A DNA stretch of 64,000 nucleotides from Nitrospirota bacterium (GTDB taxonomy: Bacteria; Nitrospirota; UBA9217): the NCBI GenBank assembly GCA_963818475.1, contig CAWFSF010000003.1, positions 96,001-160,000 on the forward strand, in the 5' to 3' direction. The notes beneath the pieces are model-generated. The model had not been told where the DNA came from and ran no database searches. It saw only the letters and a program-made list of their open reading frames with translations. The position numbers were made by a program, and so were the translations under genes. Below, in pieces: positions 31,397 to 40,629 of this stretch; the stretch's first letter is position 1, and every line of letters begins with the position of its first letter.

Positions 31397-31744
31397 GTAG
31401 GGGCGAACGGCCGTTCGCCCCTACGATACAATACGATCGGGGTTATTTTCATCCATTTCCCATTTCATTGGATTGTTTTGTATGTATTCTCGAATTCGCT
31501 GCATTTCTTCCGGATTTCTTATGATATGTTCATAATAATTGCGCTGCCATACCGGCGAACCGGGCGACAATCGTTGCTCGTTGATTCTTTTTGTAACCAC
31601 GGATTTGAAACCCGCCATAAACGATGACAACGATTTGGGTTTCATGCATACAATCGGTTCATTGCATGTCTGTAGGGGCGAACGGCCGTCCGCCCCCGCA
31701 ATATGCCGCGCATCAAATTCAGGGCGGACGCCGTCCGCCCCTAC
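31397..31744. repeat. GTAG-family REP palindromes, three copies (31397-31424, 31672-31699, 31721-31744)
   Basis: gtaggggcgaacggccgttcgcccctac perfect palindrome and two variants. Confidence 0.9.
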
Positions 31745-32015
31745 ATGATGTATCAATAAAATACCATGAATGTGATTCGGCATAACGATAAATTCATCCA
31801 ATTTCTATTTCCCGCCGGATCGCTGTTGACCGGCTCCATTCTTCCTTTACAGTCCTTCCCTGTTCGTTCAAACAGATATTGCCATCAATAATATCTCCAA
31901 ATAAACATTCCCGGTTCCATGCGCATAGTGTCAGAAAATACGCTCCTGACTGGGAATAATCATACGTCCTCAGACGTATCGATTGTCTATGATGTTTATC
32001 GCGGTCATATATCAT
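31421..32015 (-). mobile_element. REP-associated tyrosine (Y1/HUH) transposase, frameshift near 31797
   Basis: HHRQSIRL..YDYSQ.GAYF; MPNHIHG (HUH); WQRNYYEHIIR; YIQNNP. Confidence 0.9.
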
Positions 32016-32061
32016 GCGGTCATTTTGTCGTTGGGGCGCAGCCGCTCACCCCGGCATAGAT

Positions 32062-35000
32062 TCATGCTGCTCGGCCTCCTACATTCCTCTTCCCGATAAC
32101 ATACTCGCACTGTTCACACCCATCCAGCTTCACTTCCTCATCCTTCCCCGTCATGAACCGCTGATACAGGAACGACACCAGGATCAGCACCGCGGCGAGG
32201 CCGACGAAGGACGCCACGCGGTAGAGCTGCCCCAGCCGCCAGAGGTCCATGAAGAAGATCTTGACCGTGGTCCCGACCATCAGGATCAGCGCGGCCCAGC
32301 GCACCTTGCTGGTCTGCCACTTGATGCCGACGACGAGCAGCCCGATGCTGTAGAGCAGCCAGCTCAGGCTGTAGGCAAGCTGGTGCGCCAGGTTGTCATG
32401 GGTCTCGAGGCTGAAGCTCCGTCCCGTCTCAATGAAGACGCTCGATATCTCTATGTTCAGCACGCAGAACGTGACCACGGCCAGCAGCACGCCCCAGAAG
32501 GCACGCAGCGTGGGAGAGATAAAGGGCCATTGCTGCTGCGGCCGATTCAGGGTGAGCGCTATAAGGACAATAACGATCGCCAGGTACAGAAGCGACGGCG
32601 TGTTCACGAGCGGCGTCATGGCGCCGAATGCGGCGCTGTACAGGAACGGATAGGTCAGCGCCTTGACGAGCCCAGCGAGGACGAGCACCACGCCGGCGAT
32701 CCGGAAGGGCCGGTCCAGTCCGCGCGGCCAGTACAAGAGCCCCAAACCGTAGGCAAGCCAGCCTGCTGCCGAGCCCACTGCCATGTTCGAAGACTGATTG
32801 AAGAAGAACCGGAAGGGCTGGCCTGGCTGCACGATGGAGCTCATCTGGATCTTCACGGCCACGAAGCCGGTCAGGAGCAGCAGCAATACAAGCAGATTGT
32901 AGAGGTCCCGCGAGGTCTGCTGCTTCAGTTCCAGACGCACCAGCAGGGCAAGCACGACCAGCGCGTACAAATACGCCGGAAGGCCGAGGTTCAGAAAGGG
33001 CGACATTGCCGGCACGAAGGCTGGGAAAAGCACAGGGAGAACGAGCAGAAAGCCCGTGCCGATGCAGAGAAGGATGAGCCCGGCGTGGCGCATGACGGAC
33101 GTGATCTTCAGCCGTGACCAGATCAGGCCGCCGTAGGTCAGCCAGACCAAGGCGTAGCATATTGCCTGCACGGCATCAGGACCCGGTGCGATGCGGAAGA
33201 GCTGATCCGTCTCGGCAAAGATGTCCGCGATGGCAAGGTTCAGCAGGAAGAACCCGCTGCCCACTGCAAGCCAGCGGAAATACTCCGGCAGGTCAGCGTC
33301 CTTGAGCTTCCGGTCCGGGAAGCCGCTGAGCGGCACGCTGAATGCGAGCGCCGCGACCGCGCCGGCAACAGCCAGCACCGCTGCGTTCAGGATCGCCATG
33401 TCGCCTGCATGCTTCATCTGCGGCAGGGCGAAGAACAGGAGCAGCAGCCCGATGGGCGCCATGAACGATGCAACCCAGCGCAGGCCCTCGTGCACCACTC
33501 TGCGATTAAGCCAGAGCAGCAGCATGGACTCGATCACGAGCGTGAGGCCGATCCAGCCCTGGTCGAGCAGCATCACCGGGACCGAAGAGATATAGAAGAG
33601 CAGCACGCCGCCGTGGAAGGCGAGCACGGCGTTCCGTTCGGGCCGGTCCTTGAGCCGCGACTGCAGCATGGCCACGGCCGGCAGCTTCACCACAGCCAGC
33701 ACGAGCGGCAGCCACCCGCTCGTCTCGCGCGGCCAGATGTGGTCCGCAGCCCAGATGGCGAAGAGCCCCTGCGCTACCTCGAAGAGCGCCCAGGCCATCC
33801 AGAGGCGCGACCATTTTTCGATGGACCGGAAGAAGAGGAAGGGCGCGATGACCGCGACGACGAAGAACGCCGCTGACCAGAGGAAGCCGACGACATGCAG
33901 GTCCACCGACAGATCGGGCCGGAACGCCCATGCCGCCTGGCTGACGAGCGACGACAAGAGGACCACCATGCCCATGACCGGCGCGGAGAGCCGCCGGCTG
34001 AGGAAGATGCTCAAGGCCAGGAAGCAGGCGAGCGTGACCATGCCGGGTTCGGGATGGAGCGGCCTCTGCAGCCAGAAGGAGGCGGCAAGGAGGATGAAGA
34101 CGGCCGATGCGGGGAAAGCGGAGAGCCATTCCGTCACCACGGGTCCGGCGGTCCACGCGGCGGCATCCGGAGCGTCCTTTGTCAGCGCGGCCCGCCAGTC
34201 GTTCATTTTCTTGAAGGCGTAGACCATGGCGAGCGCCGTGGCCGCTCCGGCGAACAGCAGGAACCCGAAGAAGACCGGGCTGCCGAGCTCCGGCGGAACG
34301 CGGAAGAGCCAGGTGAGTCCGCAGGCAAGGAAGAACAGCACGAGGAGGCCGGCCTGCAACAGCGCGCCGAAGATGAGGCTGATCATGATGCCCATGACCT
34401 GCAGTACCAGGATCACGGGCCAGAGCCAGAAGGCTATATCCTGCTCCTTCATCACAATGGCGAGCAGCATCACGCCAAGGGCCACGGGAAAGACGCGGAA
34501 CCATCCCAGGTTCACCTTGTCGAGCCCGTAGCGGCGGATGAGCAGCACCGGCCCCAGGCCGCCTGCGGTCCCGTACAGCAGAAGGCCGAGAAAACCCCAG
34601 GACAGAGTGCGGGGATCGAAACGGAGCCAGGTCCAGAGGAAGGCGACCACGAACATGATCGCGCCGTACGGGACGACCCCGCCAAACCATCTGCGGTCGC
34701 GGAAGGCGAGCACCACGCTTCCTGCCATGCCGAAGATCGCGATCAGGAGCGGACCGATACCATCCCTGTCCAGGAGCAGGAGCGCGGTAAGGGCGGCCGA
34801 AAGATAGAGCGTGATGCCGGACCAGAGCAGGACCTGCGAGAGCTCCCATTTCGCGGCCCGGTCGAGAAAATAGCTGAAGAGGGCCAGGTTGGCCATGAAG
34901 ACCCCGGCGATCTCAATGCTCTCGGGATTGATGCGTCCGGAGAAGGCCGCGAGGAACAGCGTAGCAAGCGTCCCCACGGTCGCGATGAACAGCAAGAGCC

Positions 35001-36048
35001 CCGAACGCAGTCGCTGCACGACCTGGAAAAGACCAACGTTCACCACGGCGAGGTAGACGAAGAGCCCGATGAGGCTGCCTTGGCCGGTGCTTACCAGGAT
35101 AGGCGTCAGGTACGCGCCGAGCGCTCCGAGCACCGAGATGGGGATGCCGCGGAAAAAGACGGCTAGCACGAAGGCGGTTGCGGAAACGATCGTCAGCAGG
35201 CCGAAGCCGACTGGATTGGACAGGTAATGGTAGTAGAGCGTGGCCGCGAATACGACGCTGTACAGCACGCCGATGCCGCCCGCGCCGAGGGTATGGCGCA
35301 GCACGGAGAACCGTTCCTTGTTGATGCGGGCCGACCAGATGATCAGCGCCAGGCCGATGCACGGCGCTGACGGCCAGCCGGAGCGCCGGCGGGAATGAGG
35401 TTCCGGTCGATGGAATACTTGACGAAGAACCCGGCGCCGATGAAGAGCGCGAGCCCGCCGAGCCCGGCGAAGAGCTTGACGCCGGTGAAGAGCTCCCAGT
35501 CCACGTTCGCCTTGAACTGCTTCCCAGCGGTCCAGCAGGCTCGGACCGGACGGAACCGACGGCTCGGCAGCCACCGATGAAAGATCGACCCGCGCGGCAG
35601 CGGCATATGCAGGCGCGAGAGGAAGTGTGATCGCTGGTGACTCTTCTTCCTCCGGCGTTTCCGGCGCAGAGGGAGGATAGGACCCTTCGGGCAATCCGGA
35701 CGGCGTTAGTGTTATCGGAGGCGGCTCCACCTCGGGTCCTTCAGGCATTGGCGACGGAGGAGGAACAGGAGATGCGGGCGGTACCACGGGAGGGGGAGGC
35801 ATCTCGACAGCGCGTGAGACAGACGCGACCGGTCTTTTCATCGCCTCGGCCCGCTCCGCTGCGCTTTCCCGCCGCGGCGCAGCCGCGGCCGCTCTCAGCT
35901 CCGCGATCTCCCGCTTGAGCTTCTCAACGTGCGTCTCCAGGTCGCGTCGGATATTGATGGAGCGGATGAACAGAACTACGACACCGACGACCAGGAAGAA
36001 CAGACACCATTCGTTATGCACTATTGCCTCCTCTGACGACAATACCAT
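32062..36048 (-). CDS. DUF2339 large integral membrane protein (compensating frameshifts ~35370-35530)
   Basis: Pro-rich N-terminus; WELFTGVKLFAGLGGLALFIGAGFFVKYS in alternate frame; C-terminal KIFFMDL...YRVASFVGLA..LILVSFLYQR. Confidence 0.9.
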   Translation of the reverse strand: MVLSSEEAIVHNEWCLFFLVVGVVVLFIRSINIRRDLETHVEKLKREIAELRAAAAAPRRESAAERAEAMKRPVASVSRAVEMPPPPVVPPASPVPPPSPMPEGPEVEPPPITLTPSGLPEGSYPPSAPETPEEEESPAITLPLAPAYAAAARVDLSSVAAEPSVPSGPSLLDRWEAVQGERGLGALHRRQALRRARRARALHRRRVLRQVFHRPEPHSRRRSGWPSAPCIGLALIIWSARINKERFSVLRHTLGAGGIGVLYSVVFAATLYYHYLSNPVGFGLLTIVSATAFVLAVFFRGIPISVLGALGAYLTPILVSTGQGSLIGLFVYLAVVNVGLFQVVQRLRSGLLLFIATVGTLATLFLAAFSGRINPESIEIAGVFMANLALFSYFLDRAAKWELSQVLLWSGITLYLSAALTALLLLDRDGIGPLLIAIFGMAGSVVLAFRDRRWFGGVVPYGAIMFVVAFLWTWLRFDPRTLSWGFLGLLLYGTAGGLGPVLLIRRYGLDKVNLGWFRVFPVALGVMLLAIVMKEQDIAFWLWPVILVLQVMGIMISLIFGALLQAGLLVLFFLACGLTWLFRVPPELGSPVFFGFLLFAGAATALAMVYAFKKMNDWRAALTKDAPDAAAWTAGPVVTEWLSAFPASAVFILLAASFWLQRPLHPEPGMVTLACFLALSIFLSRRLSAPVMGMVVLLSSLVSQAAWAFRPDLSVDLHVVGFLWSAAFFVVAVIAPFLFFRSIEKWSRLWMAWALFEVAQGLFAIWAADHIWPRETSGWLPLVLAVVKLPAVAMLQSRLKDRPERNAVLAFHGGVLLFYISSVPVMLLDQGWIGLTLVIESMLLLWLNRRVVHEGLRWVASFMAPIGLLLLFFALPQMKHAGDMAILNAAVLAVAGAVAALAFSVPLSGFPDRKLKDADLPEYFRWLAVGSGFFLLNLAIADIFAETDQLFRIAPGPDAVQAICYALVWLTYGGLIWSRLKITSVMRHAGLILLCIGTGFLLVLPVLFPAFVPAMSPFLNLGLPAYLYALVVLALLVRLELKQQTSRDLYNLLVLLLLLTGFVAVKIQMSSIVQPGQPFRFFFNQSSNMAVGSAAGWLAYGLGLLYWPRGLDRPFRIAGVVLVLAGLVKALTYPFLYSAAFGAMTPLVNTPSLLYLAIVIVLIALTLNRPQQQWPFISPTLRAFWGVLLAVVTFCVLNIEISSVFIETGRSFSLETHDNLAHQLAYSLSWLLYSIGLLVVGIKWQTSKVRWAALILMVGTTVKIFFMDLWRLGQLYRVASFVGLAAVLILVSFLYQRFMTGKDEEVKLDGCEQCEYVIGKRNVGGRAA

Positions 36049-36132
36049 CCGTTCCAGCCTGCTCAGCCTGTTACAGGCAGAACCTCAGGTGTCTACAATG
36101 TTTATGTTCCCTATGCCGCGCCTTTGTGTGCT

Positions 36133-36474
36133 TCAACACGCAGCCGCACCCGCTCCATTCGCCTGCCCGATCAGGGGCGGCATCTGACGGATGCGGGAGT
36201 TGAGCGTCGGCTGTTTGCCGAATAAGCCTTGCCCTTCTGCTGCCATTTTTAGTTCGTCATCCTCGCGCACGCGGGGATCCAGAGAATTTCCTGAAGAGTC
36301 CCTGGATTCCCGATCAGGTCGGGAATGACGGCTTAAAGAATTATTTGTAAGCCAATCAGCAAAGGTTTCGGGCTTATGAAAGAAGTTGACCGCTTTCGCG
36401 TCTTGAACAGCCCACCCTGCCACCAGCATGCGGTCGATCCGTTCGCGGGCTATGTCTTCGGGGCCAAGGGGCAT
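36133..36474 (-). pseudogene. Internally deleted type I HsdR N-terminal remnant
   Basis: PEDIARERIDRML.AGWAVQD joined to FHKPETFADWL...PTLNSRIRQMPPL. Confidence 0.6.
36256..36329. repeat. Inverted pair of GTCATTCCCG...GGAATCCAG-type REP palindromes
   Basis: 36256-36282 and 36302-36329; same family as 48893-49037. Confidence 0.85.
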
Positions 36475-36671
36475 GCATTCATCCTTAAATACATAACGAG
36501 CGTAAAAACATTGTGCAAACACGAAATTACAGGAAATAGCCGCAAAAGGCAAGGGCAATGAACCTTCCGAAGACAGAAGGCGACCCCTGTTGCAAGCTTC
36601 ATGACAAATTGATGGGGATGGAAAGGGAACCTCGACACTATGTTGCAGGATTGTAGTTGGTTTTTCACTTT

Positions 36672-36698
36672 CTGTCACCTGTCAAAAGTGACAGGTGT
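36672..36698. repeat. 27-bp palindromic repeat, copy 1
   Basis: ctgtcacctgtcaaaagtgacaggtgt; 25/27 identical to 61246-61272. Confidence 0.8.
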
Positions 36699-36833
36699 TG
36701 TTAGAGATGAATTATTCGGTTACTGGATGTGAATTCATGGGTCAGAGGTACTGGGATTGCACGGCTTCCGAAGTATAAGGCTCCTACTTATGCATGCAAA
36801 TTACCCGTGCATGACCACGCTCTCGACCCTCCC

Positions 36834-36862
36834 TTGACAGCCTTCACGCCCGGTGCTAGCTT
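36834..36862 (+). promoter_or_regulatory. Sigma70 promoter TTGACA-N17-TAGCTT with extended -10 TG
   Basis: Perfect -35, 17-bp spacer, TGn before -10. Confidence 0.65.
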
Positions 36863-36947
36863 TAAACCACAATATTACCGGCCTTCTCGCGAGGAAAGCG
36901 TCGGAGTACCGCGGGTTTCCTGCACAGGGACTGCGGAGAGATAAGAA

Positions 36948-36987
36948 CCGGACTGCTAAAGGATGAAACTTTGGTAGCCGGTTTTTT
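36948..36987 (+). terminator. Terminator-like hairpin upstream of osmC
   Basis: ccggactgctaaag...ctttggtagccgg followed by tttttt. Confidence 0.55.
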
Positions 36988-37050
36988 GTTTTCAATGTGA
37001 GGAAGTAATTCCACCAATATGCGGCATAGCCAGAAAGAAGGAGGTGCACC

Positions 37051-37491
37051 ATGTTAGTACGCAGATCAACTGCAATGTGGGAAGGCGGCCTGAAGAACGG
37101 CAAGGGGACCATGAAGATCGGTTCGGGCGCATACGAAGGAAAATATTCCTTTGCCTCGCGGTTCGAACAGGGAGTGGGGACCAATCCCGAGGAACTGATC
37201 GGAGCGGCCCACGCCGGATGCTTCTCCATGTTCCTGTCCATGGTCCTGGAGCAGGCAGGCTTCAAGCCCGAACGCATTGACACGACCGCCCGGGTGACCC
37301 TTGATAAATTGCCCGAGGGTTTCAAGATCACGACGATCGATCTGGAGACCGAAGGCAGGGTGCCGGGCATTGACGAAAATACGTTCCAGGAAAAGGCCGA
37401 AGCAGCCAAGAAGGGATGCCCTGTTTCCATGGCGCTGACCGGCGTTGAGGTCAAACTCCGGGCGCGGCTCGCAGCTGCGAAAGCCGCCTGA
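37051..37491 (+). CDS. osmC: OsmC peroxiredoxin
   Basis: WEGGLKNGKG, GTNPEELIGAAHAGCFSM, CPVS. Confidence 0.95.
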   Translation: MLVRRSTAMWEGGLKNGKGTMKIGSGAYEGKYSFASRFEQGVGTNPEELIGAAHAGCFSMFLSMVLEQAGFKPERIDTTARVTLDKLPEGFKITTIDLETEGRVPGIDENTFQEKAEAAKKGCPVSMALTGVEVKLRARLAAAKAA

Positions 37492-37565
37492 CGTGCTTGC
37501 GCGGTGAAAACGACCTGACCACCCTGTTTGACAAATATTCTTGCGATGAAAGGAGTGTGAGAACC

Positions 37566-37979
37566 GTGAAACAGAGTACAAAAAGCATAGTGATGATCCT
37601 TGGGCTTTTCCTGGCGACCGCGTTGTTTAGCTGCGGCGGCGGTGGCGGTGGCGGATACGGCGGCGGCACACCGGCAACGTCCACGGTAACGGTTGTGGCC
37701 TGTCCTGTCAGCGATACCACCAACATAGCGATCGTGGACAGCTCGGCTTCGGGCTTTAATCCGGGCAGCGTGACCGTGCCGATCAATACCACGGTGAAGT
37801 GGACCAACAATGATGGAGTACAACACACGGTGACCAGCACGACTGTGCCGCCCAATGGCACATTCGATGCGACGGTGAATCCCGGCGTATCGGTCTGTCT
37901 GAAGTTCTCCGCAGCGGGCGCGTTTAACTATCATTGTTCAATTCATACCGTCATGCTGGGATTGGTGACGGTACAATAA
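37566..37979 (+). CDS. Cupredoxin (plastocyanin-like) lipoprotein
   Basis: Lipobox FSC plus poly-Gly; VKWTNND..QHTVT and YHCSIHTVM type-1 copper ligands. Confidence 0.9.
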   Translation: MKQSTKSIVMILGLFLATALFSCGGGGGGGYGGGTPATSTVTVVACPVSDTTNIAIVDSSASGFNPGSVTVPINTTVKWTNNDGVQHTVTSTTVPPNGTFDATVNPGVSVCLKFSAAGAFNYHCSIHTVMLGLVTVQ

Positions 37980-38269
37980 GACGGGCTCTGTGATTATAAC
38001 GTCGCTGCGGCTGTTCGGGCGCGGGCTGGAGAACACGCTGCCGGCATGCAACTCCTGAGACGTCCGCGCCCTCTTTTCGAAAAGCAAAGCGGAAAGCAGG
38101 ATAAGACAGACTCCTAAAATGATTACAGAGAGGAGGTGAAAAGGCAGTCTCAGGGATAAAAAGTTATCAGGAGCATGAATAAAGTCGGAAGAACTTTCGA
38201 AATATCTGCTACGTATGCATTTTAAAACTAAGCCTGAAAATTTTCCAAATCGCAGAAGGAGGATTTACC

Positions 38270-38707
38270 ATGAAAAAGATATTGGTGTTTGCTGCAGTAA
38301 TTATCTCCGCCACGGTTCTGACGCTCTCCATTGGGGTCAATTTCACCCAGGCGGCAGAAAAGATGATGGACAAAGATACGACGATGAAACATGGCGATAT
38401 GATGATGGAAAAGGGACAGATGATGATGGACAAGGGCAAAATGATGAAGGAAGGCATGATGGATAAGGACGCGATGATGAAAGAGGGCGACATGTTGATG
38501 AACGAAGGAAAGATGATGGAGAAGAACGGCAAAATGATGAAGGACAAGAAGATGATACAGGATGGAAAGATGATGATGAAGGACGGGAAGATGATGAAGG
38601 AAGGCAAGATGGAGAAGGACATGATGATGAAACAGGGCGACATGATGATGAAAGAAGGAGAAATGATGATGGATAAAGGCAAAAAGATGAAGGGAGAAAC
38701 GATGTGA
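38270..38707 (+). CDS. Secreted methionine-rich repeat protein
   Basis: Signal peptide; 39 Met in ~117 mature residues; GxMMMxx heptads; RBS aggagg. Confidence 0.9.
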   Translation: MKKILVFAAVIISATVLTLSIGVNFTQAAEKMMDKDTTMKHGDMMMEKGQMMMDKGKMMKEGMMDKDAMMKEGDMLMNEGKMMEKNGKMMKDKKMIQDGKMMMKDGKMMKEGKMEKDMMMKQGDMMMKEGEMMMDKGKKMKGETM

Positions 38708-38796
38708 AGCAACGATCCATCAGCGGGAAGTGTCGCATGCGGACTTAAATGAAAAGGAAAAGCTCGCTTGTTTATTGAGAAAGGGAAGGGCAGGCC

Positions 38797-40422
38797 GTGA
38801 AGATGCGCGGAACGCCGGGAGTTTTCATCGGAGCACTGGTCGGAGCATTGCTGACCGCGGCGCTGATCGCTGTTTTTTACGCGGGCTGGCGGCTTGCGGA
38901 CCTGCCCTTCGTCCCCTTTGACGTGTTCGACTGGACGGCACGGGTGCTGCCGGGAGCGCTCATCGAATTTGTCATCAGCGCCATGGTGGCAGCCATTCGC
39001 GGGCTGCACCTGGGCCCCACTTCGGTAGTCGCCAAGATCATTGAGCAGGCGATGGGGATCGCCGGCCTGTTCGCCACCGGCGTCGCTGCCGGCGCGGTTC
39101 TCTTCGGCGTGCTGCGCGCGCTGCGCGGCCGGTACGCATACGTGTCGGGTTTGTTCCTCGGATTGATGGCGGCCGTTCCCGCCGTGCTCGTCAGTTCCTT
39201 TCTCGGTAAGACAGCCGCAGCCCCGCCTTTGGCCGGCGCGCTCTGGATCCTGTTCGTCTTCAGCTCCTGGGGGCTGGCGATCGGCTGGGCTTATCTGTGG
39301 CTTGCCGTTTTCAGCGCTTCCACGGGACCGGGCACGGACCTGGAACCCTCTGTCCAGCGGGTCAACCGGCGTCAATTCCTGATCCGGCTTGCGGGGTACA
39401 CGGCGACCATCACGGTCTCCGGTGCACTGGTGGGGCTTCTGTCGGAGCGCCACAGCAGGATGAAACTGGAGAGCCTGATGCCCTGGTCCGCAACGCACGC
39501 CCTGCCGAACGCCGGCGCCGCTCTCAAGCCCGCGCCCGGCACGCGGCCCGAATACACCCCACTGGAGCGGCACTACCGCATTGACATCAACACGACCTCG
39601 CCGAAGATCGACGCCATGATGTGGCGGCTCAAGATCGAAGGACTGGTCGAAAAGCCGCTGTCCTTCACGCTGGACGAGCTCCGGCGCTATGAACCCATGC
39701 ACCAGTTCGTCACGTTGTCCTGCATCTCGAACCCGGTGGGCGGCGATCTTATCGGCACGACCCGCTGGACCGGCGTCAGCCTGAAAAGCTTCCTGAAAGA
39801 CCTCGGCCTGAAGCCCGGCGCCACGCACTTGAAGATCAGCTCGGCTGACGGGTTCTTTGAGATCGTGCCCCTGGAAACGGTTATGGCCGACGAAAGGGTG
39901 ATGCTGGCCTACGCCTGGGACGGGGTGCCGCTGCATGAGGATCACGGCTTTCCGCTGCGCATCTACATTCCGGACCTGCACGGGATGAAGCAGCCCAAAT
40001 GGATCGAGTCCATCGAGGCAATGGACCATTGGGAGCCGGGCTACTGGGTGGTCCGCGGCTGGGACAAGGTCGCAAGGATGAAGGCAACGTCGGTGATCGA
40101 CACCATCGCCGTGGACATGACCATCATCAGCGCTGATCAGCAAAAACTGGTGCCGATCGGCGGCATCGCCCACGCGGGTGCCCGTGGCATCTCGAAGGTC
40201 GAAGTCCGGGTCGATGACGGCCCCTGGCAGGGGGCTGCGATCAGAACTCCGCTGTCGCAAACAACGTGGGTGCTCTGGCGCTATGACTGGCCGTTCCAGC
40301 CGGGCAAACATACCTTCACGGTGCGCTGTTATGACGGGAGCAGCGCTCAGCAGATCGTTCAGGAAATGCCGCCTGCCCCGAGCGGTGCGTCCGGACTGTT
40401 CAACAAAGTCCAGAAATTCTGA
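38797..40422 (+). CDS. Membrane-bound sulfite-oxidase-family (MsrP/YedY-like) molybdopterin oxidoreductase
   Basis: N-terminal TM bundle, internal RRQFL Tat motif, TLSCISN Mo-ligand Cys, HGFPLR, KQPKW, C-terminal Ig-like dimer domain. Confidence 0.9.
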   Translation: MKMRGTPGVFIGALVGALLTAALIAVFYAGWRLADLPFVPFDVFDWTARVLPGALIEFVISAMVAAIRGLHLGPTSVVAKIIEQAMGIAGLFATGVAAGAVLFGVLRALRGRYAYVSGLFLGLMAAVPAVLVSSFLGKTAAAPPLAGALWILFVFSSWGLAIGWAYLWLAVFSASTGPGTDLEPSVQRVNRRQFLIRLAGYTATITVSGALVGLLSERHSRMKLESLMPWSATHALPNAGAALKPAPGTRPEYTPLERHYRIDINTTSPKIDAMMWRLKIEGLVEKPLSFTLDELRRYEPMHQFVTLSCISNPVGGDLIGTTRWTGVSLKSFLKDLGLKPGATHLKISSADGFFEIVPLETVMADERVMLAYAWDGVPLHEDHGFPLRIYIPDLHGMKQPKWIESIEAMDHWEPGYWVVRGWDKVARMKATSVIDTIAVDMTIISADQQKLVPIGGIAHAGARGISKVEVRVDDGPWQGAAIRTPLSQTTWVLWRYDWPFQPGKHTFTVRCYDGSSAQQIVQEMPPAPSGASGLFNKVQKF

Positions 40423-40629
40423 GGTCTCCGGCCGGAGGTGATGCAGTGCACCGGGCGCATCGAGCCGCGCTTTACGACTGTCTGAGCCGGCAGGGCGAGT
40501 TTCCGAAATGTACCGGGGACGACCAGGCATGGCGTATGCGCCATGGGGGGAGAGCGCAGGTTACAGAAGGCCACGGTGACCAAACGGTCGCCGTGGCCTT
40601 GGGTGCGTTGCTCGAACGGGTTGTTGTAA

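Noticed and set aside
36801-37934. 377-aa minus-strand ORF
   Set aside because: Antisense of osmC and the cupredoxin gene
38043-38058. 16-nt exact match (ggcatgcaactcctga) to tmRNA region 63071-63086
   Set aside because: About one such match is expected by chance in 64 kb, and it is not the 3' end used as an att site
38209-40530. 773-aa minus-strand ORF with Ile/Ser/Phe repeats
   Set aside because: Antisense of the Met-rich and Mo-oxidoreductase genes; its repeats mirror ATG runs
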